64,000 bases of DNA from Gemmobacter nectariphilus (lineage in GTDB: Bacteria > Pseudomonadota > Alphaproteobacteria > Rhodobacterales > Rhodobacteraceae): NCBI GenBank assembly GCA_020721445.1, contig DYMU01000002.1, forward strand, positions 138,085 through 202,084. The letters are read 5' to 3'. Each line of letters starts with the position of its first letter. Positions within the stretch are counted from its first letter, which is position 1. Positions 20,451-30,132 of the stretch are shown in pieces. The notes below the pieces were generated by a model, which was not told where the DNA came from, did no database searches, and saw only the letters and a list, made by a program, of their open reading frames with translations. The translations under genes were made by a program, and so were the position numbers.

Positions 20451-20726
20451 TCAGACGACAGGCGTGGCAAGTGCCTTGACGCGCGATGTCAGCCGCGAGA
20501 TTTTGCGCGAGACAGTGTTCTTGTGCATCACGCCTTTGGTGACGCCGCGGGCAAGTTCGGGCTGGGCCAATTTCATGGCTGCAACCGCCGCTTCGGAATT
20601 GCCGGAAGCAATCGCCTCTTCAACCTTGCGGACGTAGGTACGGATGCGCGACCGGCGGGCCTTGTTCACGGCATAGCGTGCTTCGGACTGGCGGGCGCGT
20701 TTCTTGGACTGTTCACTGTTTGCCAT
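20451..20726 (-). CDS. rpsT: 30S ribosomal protein S20
   Basis: Start set at [36 protein letters not shown] (ATG 20726); 91 aa. Confidence 0.92.
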   Translation of the reverse strand: MANSEQSKKRARQSEARYAVNKARRSRIRTYVRKVEEAIASGNSEAAVAAMKLAQPELARGVTKGVMHKNTVSRKISRLTSRVKALATPVV

Positions 20727-20877
20727 CGGGCGGTTCTTTCTTGGGTCTGATTCAATGCGATTGCACGAAAGACCCAAGGCCCCACCTTATAGGAGGGGAT
20801 GATTCTTGCCTAAGCGGGCCCACGCGCATGTGCTGCGGCGTTTAGGACGACTGCACCCGAAAGGCAACACGAAAAAG

Positions 20878-21654
20878 CTACTTGTCGCGGAACTGCGGCT
20901 GACGCTTTTCCATGAAGGCTGCCATGCCCTCTTTCTGATCCTCGGTCGCAAACAGCGCGTGAAACACCCTGCGTTCAAACAAGATACCTTCCGACAGCCC
21001 GCTTTCCTGCGCGCGGTTGACGCATTCCTTGGCGGCCATCGTCGACAGCAACGATTTCTCGGCAATCTTCTTGGCGATCTTCATCACTTCGGCCATCAGA
21101 TCCTTGGCAGGGAACACGCGCGATACCAGCCCGCAACGCTCGGCCTCGGCCACCTCCATGAACCGGCCGGTCAGGTGCATGTCCATGGATTTGGACTTGC
21201 CGACACACCGGGTCAACCGCTGGGTGCCCCCCATGCCGGCCACGATGCCAAGGTTGATCTCGGGCTGGCCGAACTTGGCGGTGTCAGAGGCGATGATGAA
21301 ATCGCAGATCATCGCCAACTCGCAGCCACCCCCAAGACAATAACCCGACACGGCGGCGATCATCGGCTTGCGGACGCGGGCAATCGCCTCGGCCTCTGGT
21401 CCGAACAGGTTGTCGAAATAGACTTCGGTAAAGCTTTTCCCGGCCATTTCCTTGACATCTGCGCCGGCGGCAAACGACTTTTCCGACCCCGTCAGCACGA
21501 TAACCCGCACCGCGTCATTGCGATCTGCGGCTTGCACGGCAGCCGACAGTTCGGTCATCAGCTTTGAGTTCAGCGCGTTCAGCGCATCCGGACGGTTCAG
21601 CCGGATAAGGGCGACATCATCCTCGACCTCGACGATCAGGGTTTCATAGGCCAT
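20878..21654 (-). CDS. enoyl-CoA hydratase
   Basis: Start set at MAYETLIVEVEDDVALIRLNRPDALNALN (ATG 21654); 258 aa; GSEKSFAAGADVKEM and GYCLGGGCELAMICD crotonase active-site blocks. Confidence 0.9.
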   Translation of the reverse strand: MAYETLIVEVEDDVALIRLNRPDALNALNSKLMTELSAAVQAADRNDAVRVIVLTGSEKSFAAGADVKEMAGKSFTEVYFDNLFGPEAEAIARVRKPMIAAVSGYCLGGGCELAMICDFIIASDTAKFGQPEINLGIVAGMGGTQRLTRCVGKSKSMDMHLTGRFMEVAEAERCGLVSRVFPAKDLMAEVMKIAKKIAEKSLLSTMAAKECVNRAQESGLSEGILFERRVFHALFATEDQKEGMAAFMEKRQPQFRDK

Positions 21655-21712
21655 TGCAGTCTCCGCGGTTGGGCGCAGGGCGAGTCCTAGCAGCATCTTG
21701 CCCGATGGCAAG

Positions 21713-22564
21713 TCAACGCTGACACTTCGGGCAATAGAAGGAGGAGCGACCCGACTGCACGATACGGTTGACGACTCCGGTGCAGCCTTGGGCGGGGCAG
21801 GGCTGGCCCTCGCGGTCGTAAACCTTGAAGCTGTGCTGAAAATATCCAAGCTCGCCATCGGCTTGGCGATAATCGCGCAAGCTGCTGCCACCGGCCTCTA
21901 TCGCCTCGGTCAGCACGTCGCGGATGATGGCAACCAAGCCTGCAACGCGCTTTTCCGGCAGATCGCCTGCCTTTTTTTGTGGCGATATGCCTGCGCGAAA
22001 CAATGTTTCGCAAACATAGATATTGCCCAGACCTGCCACGATGTGCTGATCCAGCAGCGCCGATTTGATCGGCGTGTTGCGGCCTTTCAGCCGGGACACA
22101 AGGTAGGTCTGGTCAAAGGCGTTGCCCAAAGGCTCGGGTCCAAGGGCGGCCAACAGCGCGTGGCCCTCGGCCCCAAGCGTGGGCATCAGGTCCATGGCCC
22201 CAAAACGCCGGGCGTCATTGAAGGTGACGCGCACGCCGTTTTCGATGTGCAGAACCACATGGTCATGCTTTTGCGGTGCCGGGTGATCGTGGTGGAACAC
22301 CCCCAGCGTCTGGCCAGAGATCAGCATCCGCCCCGACATGCCAAGATGGATCAGCAGGGTCTCGCCGCTGGACAGATCGGCAAGGATGTATTTTGACCGC
22401 CGCCGCAGCCCCAACACCCGCGCGGAGGTCAGCCGCGCGGCCATGCCCGCGGGGAACGGCCAGCGCAGCCCGTCGCGGTTCACCTGCGCCAGGGTGATGA
22501 CCTGGCCTTGCATCACCGGCAGCAACCCGCGACGAACGGTTTCGACTTCTGGCAGTTCGGGCAT
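21713..22564 (-). CDS. mutM: formamidopyrimidine-DNA glycosylase
   Basis: [15 protein letters not shown]-terminus and a C-terminal zinc finger C..C...[11 protein letters not shown]. Confidence 0.95.
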   Translation of the reverse strand: MPELPEVETVRRGLLPVMQGQVITLAQVNRDGLRWPFPAGMAARLTSARVLGLRRRSKYILADLSSGETLLIHLGMSGRMLISGQTLGVFHHDHPAPQKHDHVVLHIENGVRVTFNDARRFGAMDLMPTLGAEGHALLAALGPEPLGNAFDQTYLVSRLKGRNTPIKSALLDQHIVAGLGNIYVCETLFRAGISPQKKAGDLPEKRVAGLVAIIRDVLTEAIEAGGSSLRDYRQADGELGYFQHSFKVYDREGQPCPAQGCTGVVNRIVQSGRSSFYCPKCQR

Positions 22565-22677
22565 GGTGGTCCTTCTTGACCAGAGGTTGGCTGAACCGGA
22601 TTAAGGACAGGCGGACGCATTGCAGCCGCGCGGTTGCGGCCTATAAGAAAGGCGAGCACAGAGGAACGACAAGACCC

Positions 22678-23430
22678 ATGGCAAACGACGACAACAGCAC
22701 CACGCATTTCGGCTATCAGACCGTGCCCGAGGCCGACAAGGCCGGAATGGTGCATGGGGTCTTCACGCGGGTGGCCAGCAAATATGACATCATGAATGAC
22801 CTGATGTCGGGCGGGGTGCATCGGTTGTGGAAAGACGCCATGATGGACTGGTTGACCCCGCGCCCCGGCCAGCGGTTGCTGGATGTGGCGGGCGGCACCG
22901 GCGATGTGGCGTTTCGGTTCCTGAAACGCGCGCCAGAGGCCGAGGCCGTGGTCTGCGACATGACCGAGTCGATGCTGATCGCCGGGCGCCAGCGGGCCGA
23001 GGCCGACAGCATGGCCGACCGGCTGGATTGGGTGGTGGGCGACGCCATGGCGCTGCCCTTTGCCGACAACAGCTTTGATGTCTATACCATCAGCTTCGGC
23101 ATCCGGAACGTCACCCGCATCGCGGATGCCTTGTCCGAGGCCTATCGCGTGCTGCGCCCCGGTGGCCGCCTGATGGTGCTGGAGTTCAGCCAGATCCCGA
23201 ACGACCTGATGCAAAAGGCCTATGATCTGTATTCATTCAACGTCATCCCGGTGATGGGGCAGATCGTGGCGGGGGATCGCGACAGCTATCAGTATCTGGT
23301 CGAATCGATCCGCAAGTTCCCCGATCAGGAAACCTTTGCCGCGATGATCCGCGAAGCCGGCTTTGATCAGGTGAAATACCGCAACCTGACCATGGGTGTG
23401 GCGGCCCTTCATTCGGGGTGGAAGTTGTAA
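22678..23430 (+). CDS. ubiE: ubiquinone/menaquinone biosynthesis C-methyltransferase UbiE
   Basis: Start set at ATG 22678 ([44 protein letters not shown]). SAM motif [10 protein letters not shown]. Confidence 0.93.
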   Translation: MANDDNSTTHFGYQTVPEADKAGMVHGVFTRVASKYDIMNDLMSGGVHRLWKDAMMDWLTPRPGQRLLDVAGGTGDVAFRFLKRAPEAEAVVCDMTESMLIAGRQRAEADSMADRLDWVVGDAMALPFADNSFDVYTISFGIRNVTRIADALSEAYRVLRPGGRLMVLEFSQIPNDLMQKAYDLYSFNVIPVMGQIVAGDRDSYQYLVESIRKFPDQETFAAMIREAGFDQVKYRNLTMGVAALHSGWKL

Positions 23431-24960
23431 GTGCGCGGACCTCATAATATCTGGCGCCTGATCCGCACGCTGGCAACGCTGGAACGGACAGGCGCCATCG
23501 GTGTGGTGCTTGAGGCGTTCAGCGCACCACCCCGGATCAGGGTCGTGGCCCGTGTGCTGGGCTGGCCGTTCAAGCCGCTTGGTCTGCAAGGTGACCCGGC
23601 GCTGCCGCCGGCCACCCGGGCGCTGACGGCGCTTGGCCCGGCCTATATCAAGCTGGGTCAAATCCTGTCGACCCGACCCGATATCGTGGGCGATGAATTG
23701 GCGGTGCAGTTGAAATATCTGCAAGACCAGTTGCCACCCTTCCCGATCGAGGTCGCCAAGAAGATGATCCAGGCCGAGCTTCAGGTGCCGGTCGATCAGG
23801 TTTTTCTTGAGTTTTCCGAGCCCGTTGCCGCGGCATCCATTGCACAGGTGCACAAGGCGCGGTTGGCAGACGGTGGCCGCGAGGCGGCGGTCAAGGTGCT
23901 GCGCCCCGGCATCGAGCGCGCTTTTGCCAAGGATCTGGATGCCTTCTACCTTGCCGCGCAAGCCATCGAGTTCCTGTCGCCCGCCACCCGCCGCCTGCGC
24001 CCGCTGGACGTGATCCGCCACTTTGAAGGCGTGGTGAAGGGCGAGTTGGACTTTCGCCTTGAATCGAGTGCTGCGGCCGAATTTGCCGCCAATACCAAAG
24101 ATGACGCAGGCTTTCAGGTGCCGTCGATCATCTGGAACCTGTCCGGACGCAGCGTGATGACGATGGACTGGGCCGAAGGCATCGGCATGAATGACAATGA
24201 TCTGCTGGATGCCGCCGGTCATGATCGCCGTGTGCTGGGCACCCGGGTCTTGCAACTGTTCCTGAACCACGCACTGCGCGACGGCTATTTCCACGCTGAC
24301 ATGCACCAGGGCAACCTGAAGGTGGCGGCGAACGGCAATATCATTGCGTATGACTTTGGCATCATGGGGCGGATCGACGAATACACCCGCCGGGTCTATG
24401 CCGAGATCCTGTTCGGCTTTATCCGCAAGGATTACCGCCGCGTTGCAGAAGTGCACTTCGAGGCAGGCTATGTGCCCGCCGACCGCGATATCGACGAGTT
24501 TGCCCGCGCCCTGCGCGCGGTTGGAGAGCCGATTTTCGGCATGGATGCCAGCCGGATTTCGATGGCCAAGCTGCTGGCCTATCTGTTCGAGGTGACCGAG
24601 CGCTTCGGCATGGAAACCCGGACCGAGTTGATCTTGCTGCAACGCACCATGGTGGTGGTCGAAGGCGTTGCGCGCAGTCTGGACCCACGGATCAACATCT
24701 GGGAAGTCGCGAAGCCGATTGTCGAAAGCTATATCAAGCAAAGTATCGGCCCGAAGGCGCTGTTGCGCGATCTGACCCGCACCGCACAGGTTCTGGCCCG
24801 GTTCGGCCCGAAACTGCCGCGGTTGGTGGAAGCCGCGCTGATCGCGCAGGCCGATCACCCGGCCCCCATGCCCAAAGCCCGCAACATGTGGCCGGTGTGG
24901 ACGATTGTCTCGGCCTCGGCCATGCTGGCCGCCGGGGTCTGGATCGGCACACTGATCTAG
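23431..24960 (+). CDS. ubiB: ubiquinone biosynthesis regulatory kinase-like protein UbiB (ABC1 family)
   Basis: 509 aa; GTG start directly after the ubiE stop. LGPAYIKLGQILSTRPDIVG, AAASIAQVHKA and FHADMHQGNL ABC1/UbiB motifs. C-terminal TM segment. Confidence 0.93.
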   Translation: MRGPHNIWRLIRTLATLERTGAIGVVLEAFSAPPRIRVVARVLGWPFKPLGLQGDPALPPATRALTALGPAYIKLGQILSTRPDIVGDELAVQLKYLQDQLPPFPIEVAKKMIQAELQVPVDQVFLEFSEPVAAASIAQVHKARLADGGREAAVKVLRPGIERAFAKDLDAFYLAAQAIEFLSPATRRLRPLDVIRHFEGVVKGELDFRLESSAAAEFAANTKDDAGFQVPSIIWNLSGRSVMTMDWAEGIGMNDNDLLDAAGHDRRVLGTRVLQLFLNHALRDGYFHADMHQGNLKVAANGNIIAYDFGIMGRIDEYTRRVYAEILFGFIRKDYRRVAEVHFEAGYVPADRDIDEFARALRAVGEPIFGMDASRISMAKLLAYLFEVTERFGMETRTELILLQRTMVVVEGVARSLDPRINIWEVAKPIVESYIKQSIGPKALLRDLTRTAQVLARFGPKLPRLVEAALIAQADHPAPMPKARNMWPVWTIVSASAMLAAGVWIGTLI

Positions 24961-25066
24961 GCTGCATGGTCTGCCGGGCCGCGCTTGTGTCGTGCGCCCG
25001 GCGTGGGTCGCGGCGACAAGAAAACCGGGGTCGTGGCCTTTTGATGGTTCATCTTCAGGTGCCCCG

Positions 25067-25717
25067 TCAGAGAGCGCGCAGCGCTGTGACCGAGGTTGCG
25101 GGAACTTCAACACCGCCGCGCAGGATAAGCTGGCTGCCCTCTGCGCCGCCGCGAACCTCAAGAATTGGAACATAAGCCTCGACCGCAGTCGTGCTGAGCA
25201 AGGTTTCGTTGACATAGCTTTCCAATGACAGGGCATATGTTCCAGCGGGAAGACGGTTCCCGGCAGCGTCAGCCCCAAGCCATTGGTAAAGCTCTGTCGA
25301 GACTGGAATATCTTCGCGTGAAACGGTTGTGCCGTTTTCGTCCGCCACGACCAGAACCACACGATCTGCCGCAGCCGCCGGGCTGGGCGCAAGCGTGACA
25401 GGGGTGCCGTCCATATGAACCGGTGCCGCAACGCGCGCCTCTTGGCCAACCCATCCGGTCAGTTGCGCCATGCCCAGAAGGCCGAATTGCGCCTGCATCG
25501 ATTCAAGCAACTGATTGGTCCGCACAGCCTGTTCGACCCCGGAAAACGTTGCCAGTTGAACCGCATAGTCTGCTGAGTCGACGGGGTTCAACGGGTCCTG
25601 GTTCTGCAGTTGGGTGGTCAGCATTTTCAGGAAGGTCTCGAAGTCGGTGCTGGCCGAAGCAGACTGTGGTTGCGTGACGGTTTGCGGGCCCGAAAACGTG
25701 GTTGGCATGATATCCAT
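25067..25717 (-). CDS. flgD: flagellar hook assembly (capping) protein FlgD
   Basis: DFETFLKMLTTQLQNQDPLNPVDSADYAVQLATFSGVEQ is the canonical FlgD N-terminal block. Start placed at ATG 25717 (MDIMPTT), preceded by AAGGAA. The ORF track uses TTG 25732. Confidence 0.85.
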   Translation of the reverse strand: MDIMPTTFSGPQTVTQPQSASASTDFETFLKMLTTQLQNQDPLNPVDSADYAVQLATFSGVEQAVRTNQLLESMQAQFGLLGMAQLTGWVGQEARVAAPVHMDGTPVTLAPSPAAAADRVVLVVADENGTTVSREDIPVSTELYQWLGADAAGNRLPAGTYALSLESYVNETLLSTTAVEAYVPILEVRGGAEGSQLILRGGVEVPATSVTALRAL

Positions 25718-25728
25718 GTGGGTTCCTT

Positions 25729-27381
25729 TCAAAGCCGAAGATCAAGGCGGCCAGTGTCATATGTCTGGGCGGGGGTGCGGTCTGTCTCCCTCCACCCCTG
25801 CTGGGTCTGCGTTGGGCGCAAGGCGGCCTGCGCCACGGGAGTTGGGGGTGCCGGCTGATGGTCCCGCTGGGACCAGTTGCCAAAGCTCAAGGACGTCTGA
25901 CCAAACCCGCTTTGGCGCATATCAGCCATCAGGTCACTGATGTGGCGGCGAAAAAGCTCGAGAGACTCGGGCCTTTCGACGAACAGGGTAATGTGTAGGC
26001 GGTTCCCTGAAGTTGTCATTTCAAAGCGGATCTGACCCAACTCTTCTGGGTGCAAGGCAATGTCAATCGGGCCATCGGGCCCGTTCTGGGCGACGTGCAC
26101 CACCATCTGCGACACCTGCTGGATAGGGGTCTGCGCGGGCAGCGGCGGCGCTGATAACGCCAAACCGGAACCCGGTGTCGGCACGGTGGGCAGAGAACCG
26201 GCGATCTGACCAAGCGCGGCCGATGGGTCGTTCGCGTCGGCAGGCGGGATCAGGAGATCGGCACCCATGCGCAGCGGTTGTGCGCCCCCGCGCCCCCCCG
26301 CGCCAAGATAGGGGGAGAGGCCCGAATCCTGAACGGGCGGTTTGGATCGCGCGTCGTATACTATCAGGGCAAGCGGATCGGTCTGTGCGGCCCGTTCCTG
26401 ACCGGGGGTGAAACCCTGATCCTGCTGCCCGGACAGATCAGGTGGCTGCATGCGCTGTAAAGCCAAATTGCCAAGATCGGCATCCTGATCGCTGACATGC
26501 GGCAGCGTGATCACCATCCGGGGCTGATCCGCCGGCGCAGCACCCGCAGCCATGGCCGAGACCGGCGACAGTGCAGAGGCGGAAGCGGCTGGACGCATCG
26601 TCAAAGTCACAGCCGAAAGGTCGCCCTGACCTGCAAACACCGCCCCCGCTTGCGCAGTGGTTGCCTGAAAGCTGGCTGGTGCTTGTTGGGCCGGGGCTGG
26701 TTGAGCAGAGCCGTTTTGTGCGGCCCCCTTGCCCGGTTCCGGATGTGCAAGGGCGATCTGGTGATCTGACTTGGACAAAGTCGCCCCTTGCAAGCCGCGC
26801 CCTGTCGCACTTGAAAAGTGCAGGCTCATCCCCCCCTCTTTGTCGGGGCCACTGACGGGTGAAGCATTCCCTGCCAGGTTGTCGGCAGCTTCGGTCATGG
26901 CATCGAACCCATGCAAGATGCGGCTGGGTGGCGACCCTGCCGCGACAAGATGTGCTGGCTGATCCACCGACAAATCGGCGCCCGCCTGCTCTGGCGGCAC
27001 GACCGAAATCTCTGCGGGAATTACCGTCGCCTCTGGTGCAAGGCCCGGCCCCGCAGCAGGTTGGTTGCGCGCGAAATCGTCTGACAAGGATGCAGAGGCT
27101 GGCGGGTCTTGCGATGTTTGAAGCGGGGTCGGGGCTGGCAAAACCGGACAGACTTCGTCAGGCACCGCATGCAAATCGGCCTGCGATGCCGCCGTGGCCC
27201 CGTCTGTGGCACCATCAGTGGACTTGAAGTTTTCCTGCCGGTTTCGCGCAGGTCCGCGTTCGGCGGCTTCGCTTTGGATCCTTGCCGTCAGGAACCGGTC
27301 GAAATCCGACGCACTTTCCCCGTGGGCTGCTGAGGCCGTCGGGGTGGCCAAAGCGCGCGGATAGAGGGTTGCAATCTGCAT
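25729..27381 (-). CDS. fliK: flagellar hook-length control protein FliK
   Basis: 550 aa, Pro/Ala/Gln-rich, with a C-terminal FliK domain pattern (IDIALHPEELGQIRFEMTTSGNRLHITLFVERPESLELFRRHISDLMADMRQSGF). Sits next to flgD. Confidence 0.75.
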   Translation of the reverse strand: MQIATLYPRALATPTASAAHGESASDFDRFLTARIQSEAAERGPARNRQENFKSTDGATDGATAASQADLHAVPDEVCPVLPAPTPLQTSQDPPASASLSDDFARNQPAAGPGLAPEATVIPAEISVVPPEQAGADLSVDQPAHLVAAGSPPSRILHGFDAMTEAADNLAGNASPVSGPDKEGGMSLHFSSATGRGLQGATLSKSDHQIALAHPEPGKGAAQNGSAQPAPAQQAPASFQATTAQAGAVFAGQGDLSAVTLTMRPAASASALSPVSAMAAGAAPADQPRMVITLPHVSDQDADLGNLALQRMQPPDLSGQQDQGFTPGQERAAQTDPLALIVYDARSKPPVQDSGLSPYLGAGGRGGAQPLRMGADLLIPPADANDPSAALGQIAGSLPTVPTPGSGLALSAPPLPAQTPIQQVSQMVVHVAQNGPDGPIDIALHPEELGQIRFEMTTSGNRLHITLFVERPESLELFRRHISDLMADMRQSGFGQTSLSFGNWSQRDHQPAPPTPVAQAALRPTQTQQGWRETDRTPAQTYDTGRLDLRL

Positions 27382-27494
27382 TCTGCATACCAGCCTATGA
27401 CATCATCGACATCACTTTTGCCGGGAATTGCTTACTGACTGTTTACCCCGATGCCGCATATTCGGGAAAATTGAACTTAACCCGGAGCGGATGG

Positions 27495-27782
27495 ATGCAA
27501 TTAGACAGGGTGACAACCGACCGGGGCTTGCAGACCCCGGAGCAAAGCCGATTGCTGGACAAGGCGCGTGAACTTGAAGCCGCCTTTTTGTCACAAATGC
27601 TGGCCCATAGCGGGCTTGGTGCGCCATCGGAAGGGTTTGGTGGCGGGGTGGGCGAAGAGCAGTTCGCCTCGTTTCTGCGCGATGAACAGGCCCGACTCAT
27701 GGTTGCCAAAGGCGGCATCGGGCTGGCCGAGATGATCTTCAAATCGCTTGTCGCCGCGCAAGAGGTGCCCCATGACGCATGA
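27495..27782 (+). CDS. rod-binding protein (FlgJ N-terminal domain only, no muramidase domain)
   Basis: Start set at ATG 27495 (MQLDRV...); 95 aa. LLDKARELEAAFLSQMLAHSG...EEQFASFLRDEQARLMVAKGGIGLAEMI resembles the rod-binding domain. Confidence 0.7.
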   Translation: MQLDRVTTDRGLQTPEQSRLLDKARELEAAFLSQMLAHSGLGAPSEGFGGGVGEEQFASFLRDEQARLMVAKGGIGLAEMIFKSLVAAQEVPHDA

Positions 27783-28092
27783 AATCACGACCCTGCTGCA
27801 AGATCTGCGCCGCGCTGTTCTGACGGGGGACTATGGCCAATTGGCCGATCTTGTTCCCGCGCTTGCGCAAGCCGAATCGCAGCTTGACCGGTGCGATCTG
27901 CAACAGGCAACGGCCCTGCAAGCCCAGGCAGACCGCACAGCCAGCTGTTTGCAGGGCGCGATGTCCGGGTTGAAATCTGCCCGCCGGCGTGTGGTTGAAA
28001 TCGACGAGGCCGCGCGCGGATTGACGACCTATGATCGCAACGGCGCCAAGGCCACGCTGCCCTGCGCGCCTCCCACATCGCGGCGGATGTGA
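27772..28092 (+). CDS. hypothetical protein, flagellar-cluster embedded (106 aa)
   Basis: ATG 27772 overlaps the preceding stop by 11 nt; AGAGG lies upstream. Helical, Q/A/L-rich sequence. I recognise no family. Confidence 0.5.
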   Translation: MTHEITTLLQDLRRAVLTGDYGQLADLVPALAQAESQLDRCDLQQATALQAQADRTASCLQGAMSGLKSARRRVVEIDEAARGLTTYDRNGAKATLPCAPPTSRRM

Positions 28093-28291
28093 ACTTAAGT
28101 CAAATCCACCGCATCTGGTCAGAGGCGATTCACGGTTGATTAGCGCTTGAGGCCTCTTATCGGTCTTGCGCCCCGGGGTCGGGGTGGCGCTGTGTGGAAC
28201 TCCCGCAGCACTGGCAAGAATGCCCTTCCAGCTGTCGGTTGACAGCACCTCACGCTGCGAAAAACGCGCGGCATTTGCGAAGGAAACGTCC

Positions 28292-29680
28292 ATGTCTTCC
28301 ATTCTGACGAACACCGGTGCCATGGTGGCGCTGCAAACGATGAAGTCCATCAACAAGAATCTGGGTCAGGTCCAGTCCGAGATTTCGACCGGCAAGTCCG
28401 TCGGCTCGGCCCGCGACAACGCTGCCGTCTGGGCCATTTCGAAAACCATGGAATCCGACGTGAAGGGTTTCAAGGGCATTTCCGACAGCCTTGCCTTGGG
28501 ATCGTCCACCATCGCCGTAGCGCGACAAGCCTCGGAAACGGTGACCGACCTGCTGACCGAGATCAAAGGCAAGGTGGTTGCGGCCCAGGAAGAGAACGTG
28601 GACCGGACCAAGATCCAGACCGACATCGTCGAATTGCGCAACCAGATCAAGTCTGTGGTTGGTGCGGCGCAATTCAACGGTCTGAACCTGATCGATGGCA
28701 GCAGCACCGACGCGGTGACGATCCTGTCATCGCTCGACCGCGACTCGACGGGCAATGTCACCTCGGGAAAGATCGACGTGGCACGGCAAAACCTGTCGGT
28801 GACCGACTCAGCGGCGACCCAAGTCTTGGGCACGACTGCTGGTGGCGCTGACCAGCCAGCGGCCAACGCAGCCTTTACCGTGCTTGGTGGTGCAACTGTT
28901 GGTGCAGGTGCCGACACGACGGGTACCGCCGCAGATGTGTTCTTCGGCGCTGAAGATCTGACGGATGAAACCGCAAACGCTCCGACCGCCCTTGCTACTG
29001 GTACAACGGCGACCTTTTCGGTCAACGAGGTTCAGGCTGGCGCAACCTATCAGATCTATCTGAGCGACCTTGAGATCAACGTCGTGGGCGGCGGCACCAC
29101 CACCGGCGCCCGCACGTTCAGCTATGTTGCAAGCGAGTCGGATGCAGCCACCGACGTGGCCAAGGAACTGACGAGCCAGATCAACGCCTTCTTTGGCGCG
29201 GCAACTGGCACGGGCGACTATGTGGCCAAGATCAACACCACGACCAATGCCGCTGGTGACGTGAACAGGAACGAAATCCAGATCACCAACAGCTCTGGCG
29301 CAGCCATCAATTTCAGTGCGAAGATCAACCAAGGCGGGACCGCCGGTACAAATGCGTCATCCGGTGGCCTTGGGGCACTGAATTCGATGGATGTTACCAC
29401 CAACGCCGAAGGCGCGCTGACAGCCATCGAAGGCCTGATCACACAGTCGATCGATGCAGCAGCGGCCTTTGGTTCCTCGCAGGGCCGGATCGACATTCAG
29501 GCCGACTTCATCTCGAGCCTGTCCGACTCGCTGAAAGCCGGGATCGGTTCGCTGGTGGATGCCAATATGGAAGAGGCATCGGCCCGTCTGCAGGCTTTGC
29601 AGGTCCAGCAGCAGCTGGCCACGCAGTCGCTGTCGATTGCCAACCAGGCACCGCAGAACATTCTGTCCCTGTTCCGCTGA
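28292..29680 (+). CDS. flagellin (alphaproteobacterial type)
   Basis: Start set at ATG 28292 (MSSILTNTGAMVALQTMKSINKNLGQVQSEISTGK), with AAGGAA upstream. C-terminal ...RLQALQVQQQLATQSLSIANQAPQNILSLFR; 462 aa. Confidence 0.92.
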   Translation: MSSILTNTGAMVALQTMKSINKNLGQVQSEISTGKSVGSARDNAAVWAISKTMESDVKGFKGISDSLALGSSTIAVARQASETVTDLLTEIKGKVVAAQEENVDRTKIQTDIVELRNQIKSVVGAAQFNGLNLIDGSSTDAVTILSSLDRDSTGNVTSGKIDVARQNLSVTDSAATQVLGTTAGGADQPAANAAFTVLGGATVGAGADTTGTAADVFFGAEDLTDETANAPTALATGTTATFSVNEVQAGATYQIYLSDLEINVVGGGTTTGARTFSYVASESDAATDVAKELTSQINAFFGAATGTGDYVAKINTTTNAAGDVNRNEIQITNSSGAAINFSAKINQGGTAGTNASSGGLGALNSMDVTTNAEGALTAIEGLITQSIDAAAAFGSSQGRIDIQADFISSLSDSLKAGIGSLVDANMEEASARLQALQVQQQLATQSLSIANQAPQNILSLFR

Positions 29681-29687
29681 TGGCTTG

Positions 29688-29707
29688 GGCCGGGGGAAAC
29701 CCCGGCC
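29688..29707 (+). terminator. GC hairpin with GAAA loop downstream of flagellin (possible terminator/attenuator)
   Basis: ggccgggg-gaaa-ccccggcc, 8 nt after the flagellin stop. No clear T-tract follows. Confidence 0.4.
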
Positions 29708-29730
29708 CCTTCCCCTGACAGATCATCATC

Positions 29731-30132
29731 ATGATGCAACGCGAAGGATTCGCCGTGAACGCGCTTATTCAGTCGAAAACGGGCTATGCGCGCCCGGATG
29801 CCAGCCTGCGCCCCATGCGCAGCATCGAATACGAGGCCTTTGCGCGCGCCACGCAAAAGCTTTCCTCGACGTGGAAAACCCGAAAAGAGGCGTTTCCAGC
29901 CCTGGTGGCCGCCCTTTCGGAAAACGAATTGCTTTGGTCCACGCTTGCCGCCGACGTGGCATCGCCCGGCAATGGCCTGCCGTCAGCCTTGCGGGCAAAA
30001 TTGTTCTATCTGTACGAGTTCACCACCCAACACAGCCGGCAGGTTCGCAACGGTGCAGCGAGTGTAGAGGCGCTGATCGACATCAACACCGCCATCATGC
30101 GCGGCCTGCGCGGTCAGGGCGGTGCGTCATGA
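29731..30132 (+). CDS. flaF: flagellar biosynthesis regulator FlaF
   Basis: 133 aa. SIEYEAFARATQKL...ENELLWSTLAADVASPGNGLPSALRAKLFYLYEFT matches my memory of FlaF. Adjacent to flbT. Confidence 0.85.
   Translation: MMQREGFAVNALIQSKTGYARPDASLRPMRSIEYEAFARATQKLSSTWKTRKEAFPALVAALSENELLWSTLAADVASPGNGLPSALRAKLFYLYEFTTQHSRQVRNGAASVEALIDINTAIMRGLRGQGGAS

Noticed and set aside
23233-25449. A 738-aa minus-strand ORF spanning ubiB and running into flgD.
   Set aside because: It is antisense to ubiB (clear ABC1 motifs on the plus strand) and crosses an intergenic region. The composition (R/G/H/Q-rich) is typical of GC-driven phantom ORFs.
27382-27494. CtrA box (TTAA-N7-TTAAC) or sigma-54 -24/-12 promoter in the divergent flagellar promoter regions (also 28093-28291 and 32650-32705).
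   Set aside because: Only half-site-like fragments are present (GAAA-N7-TTAAC at 27466-27481), and the GG/GC elements have the wrong spacing. None meets the consensus well enough to call.
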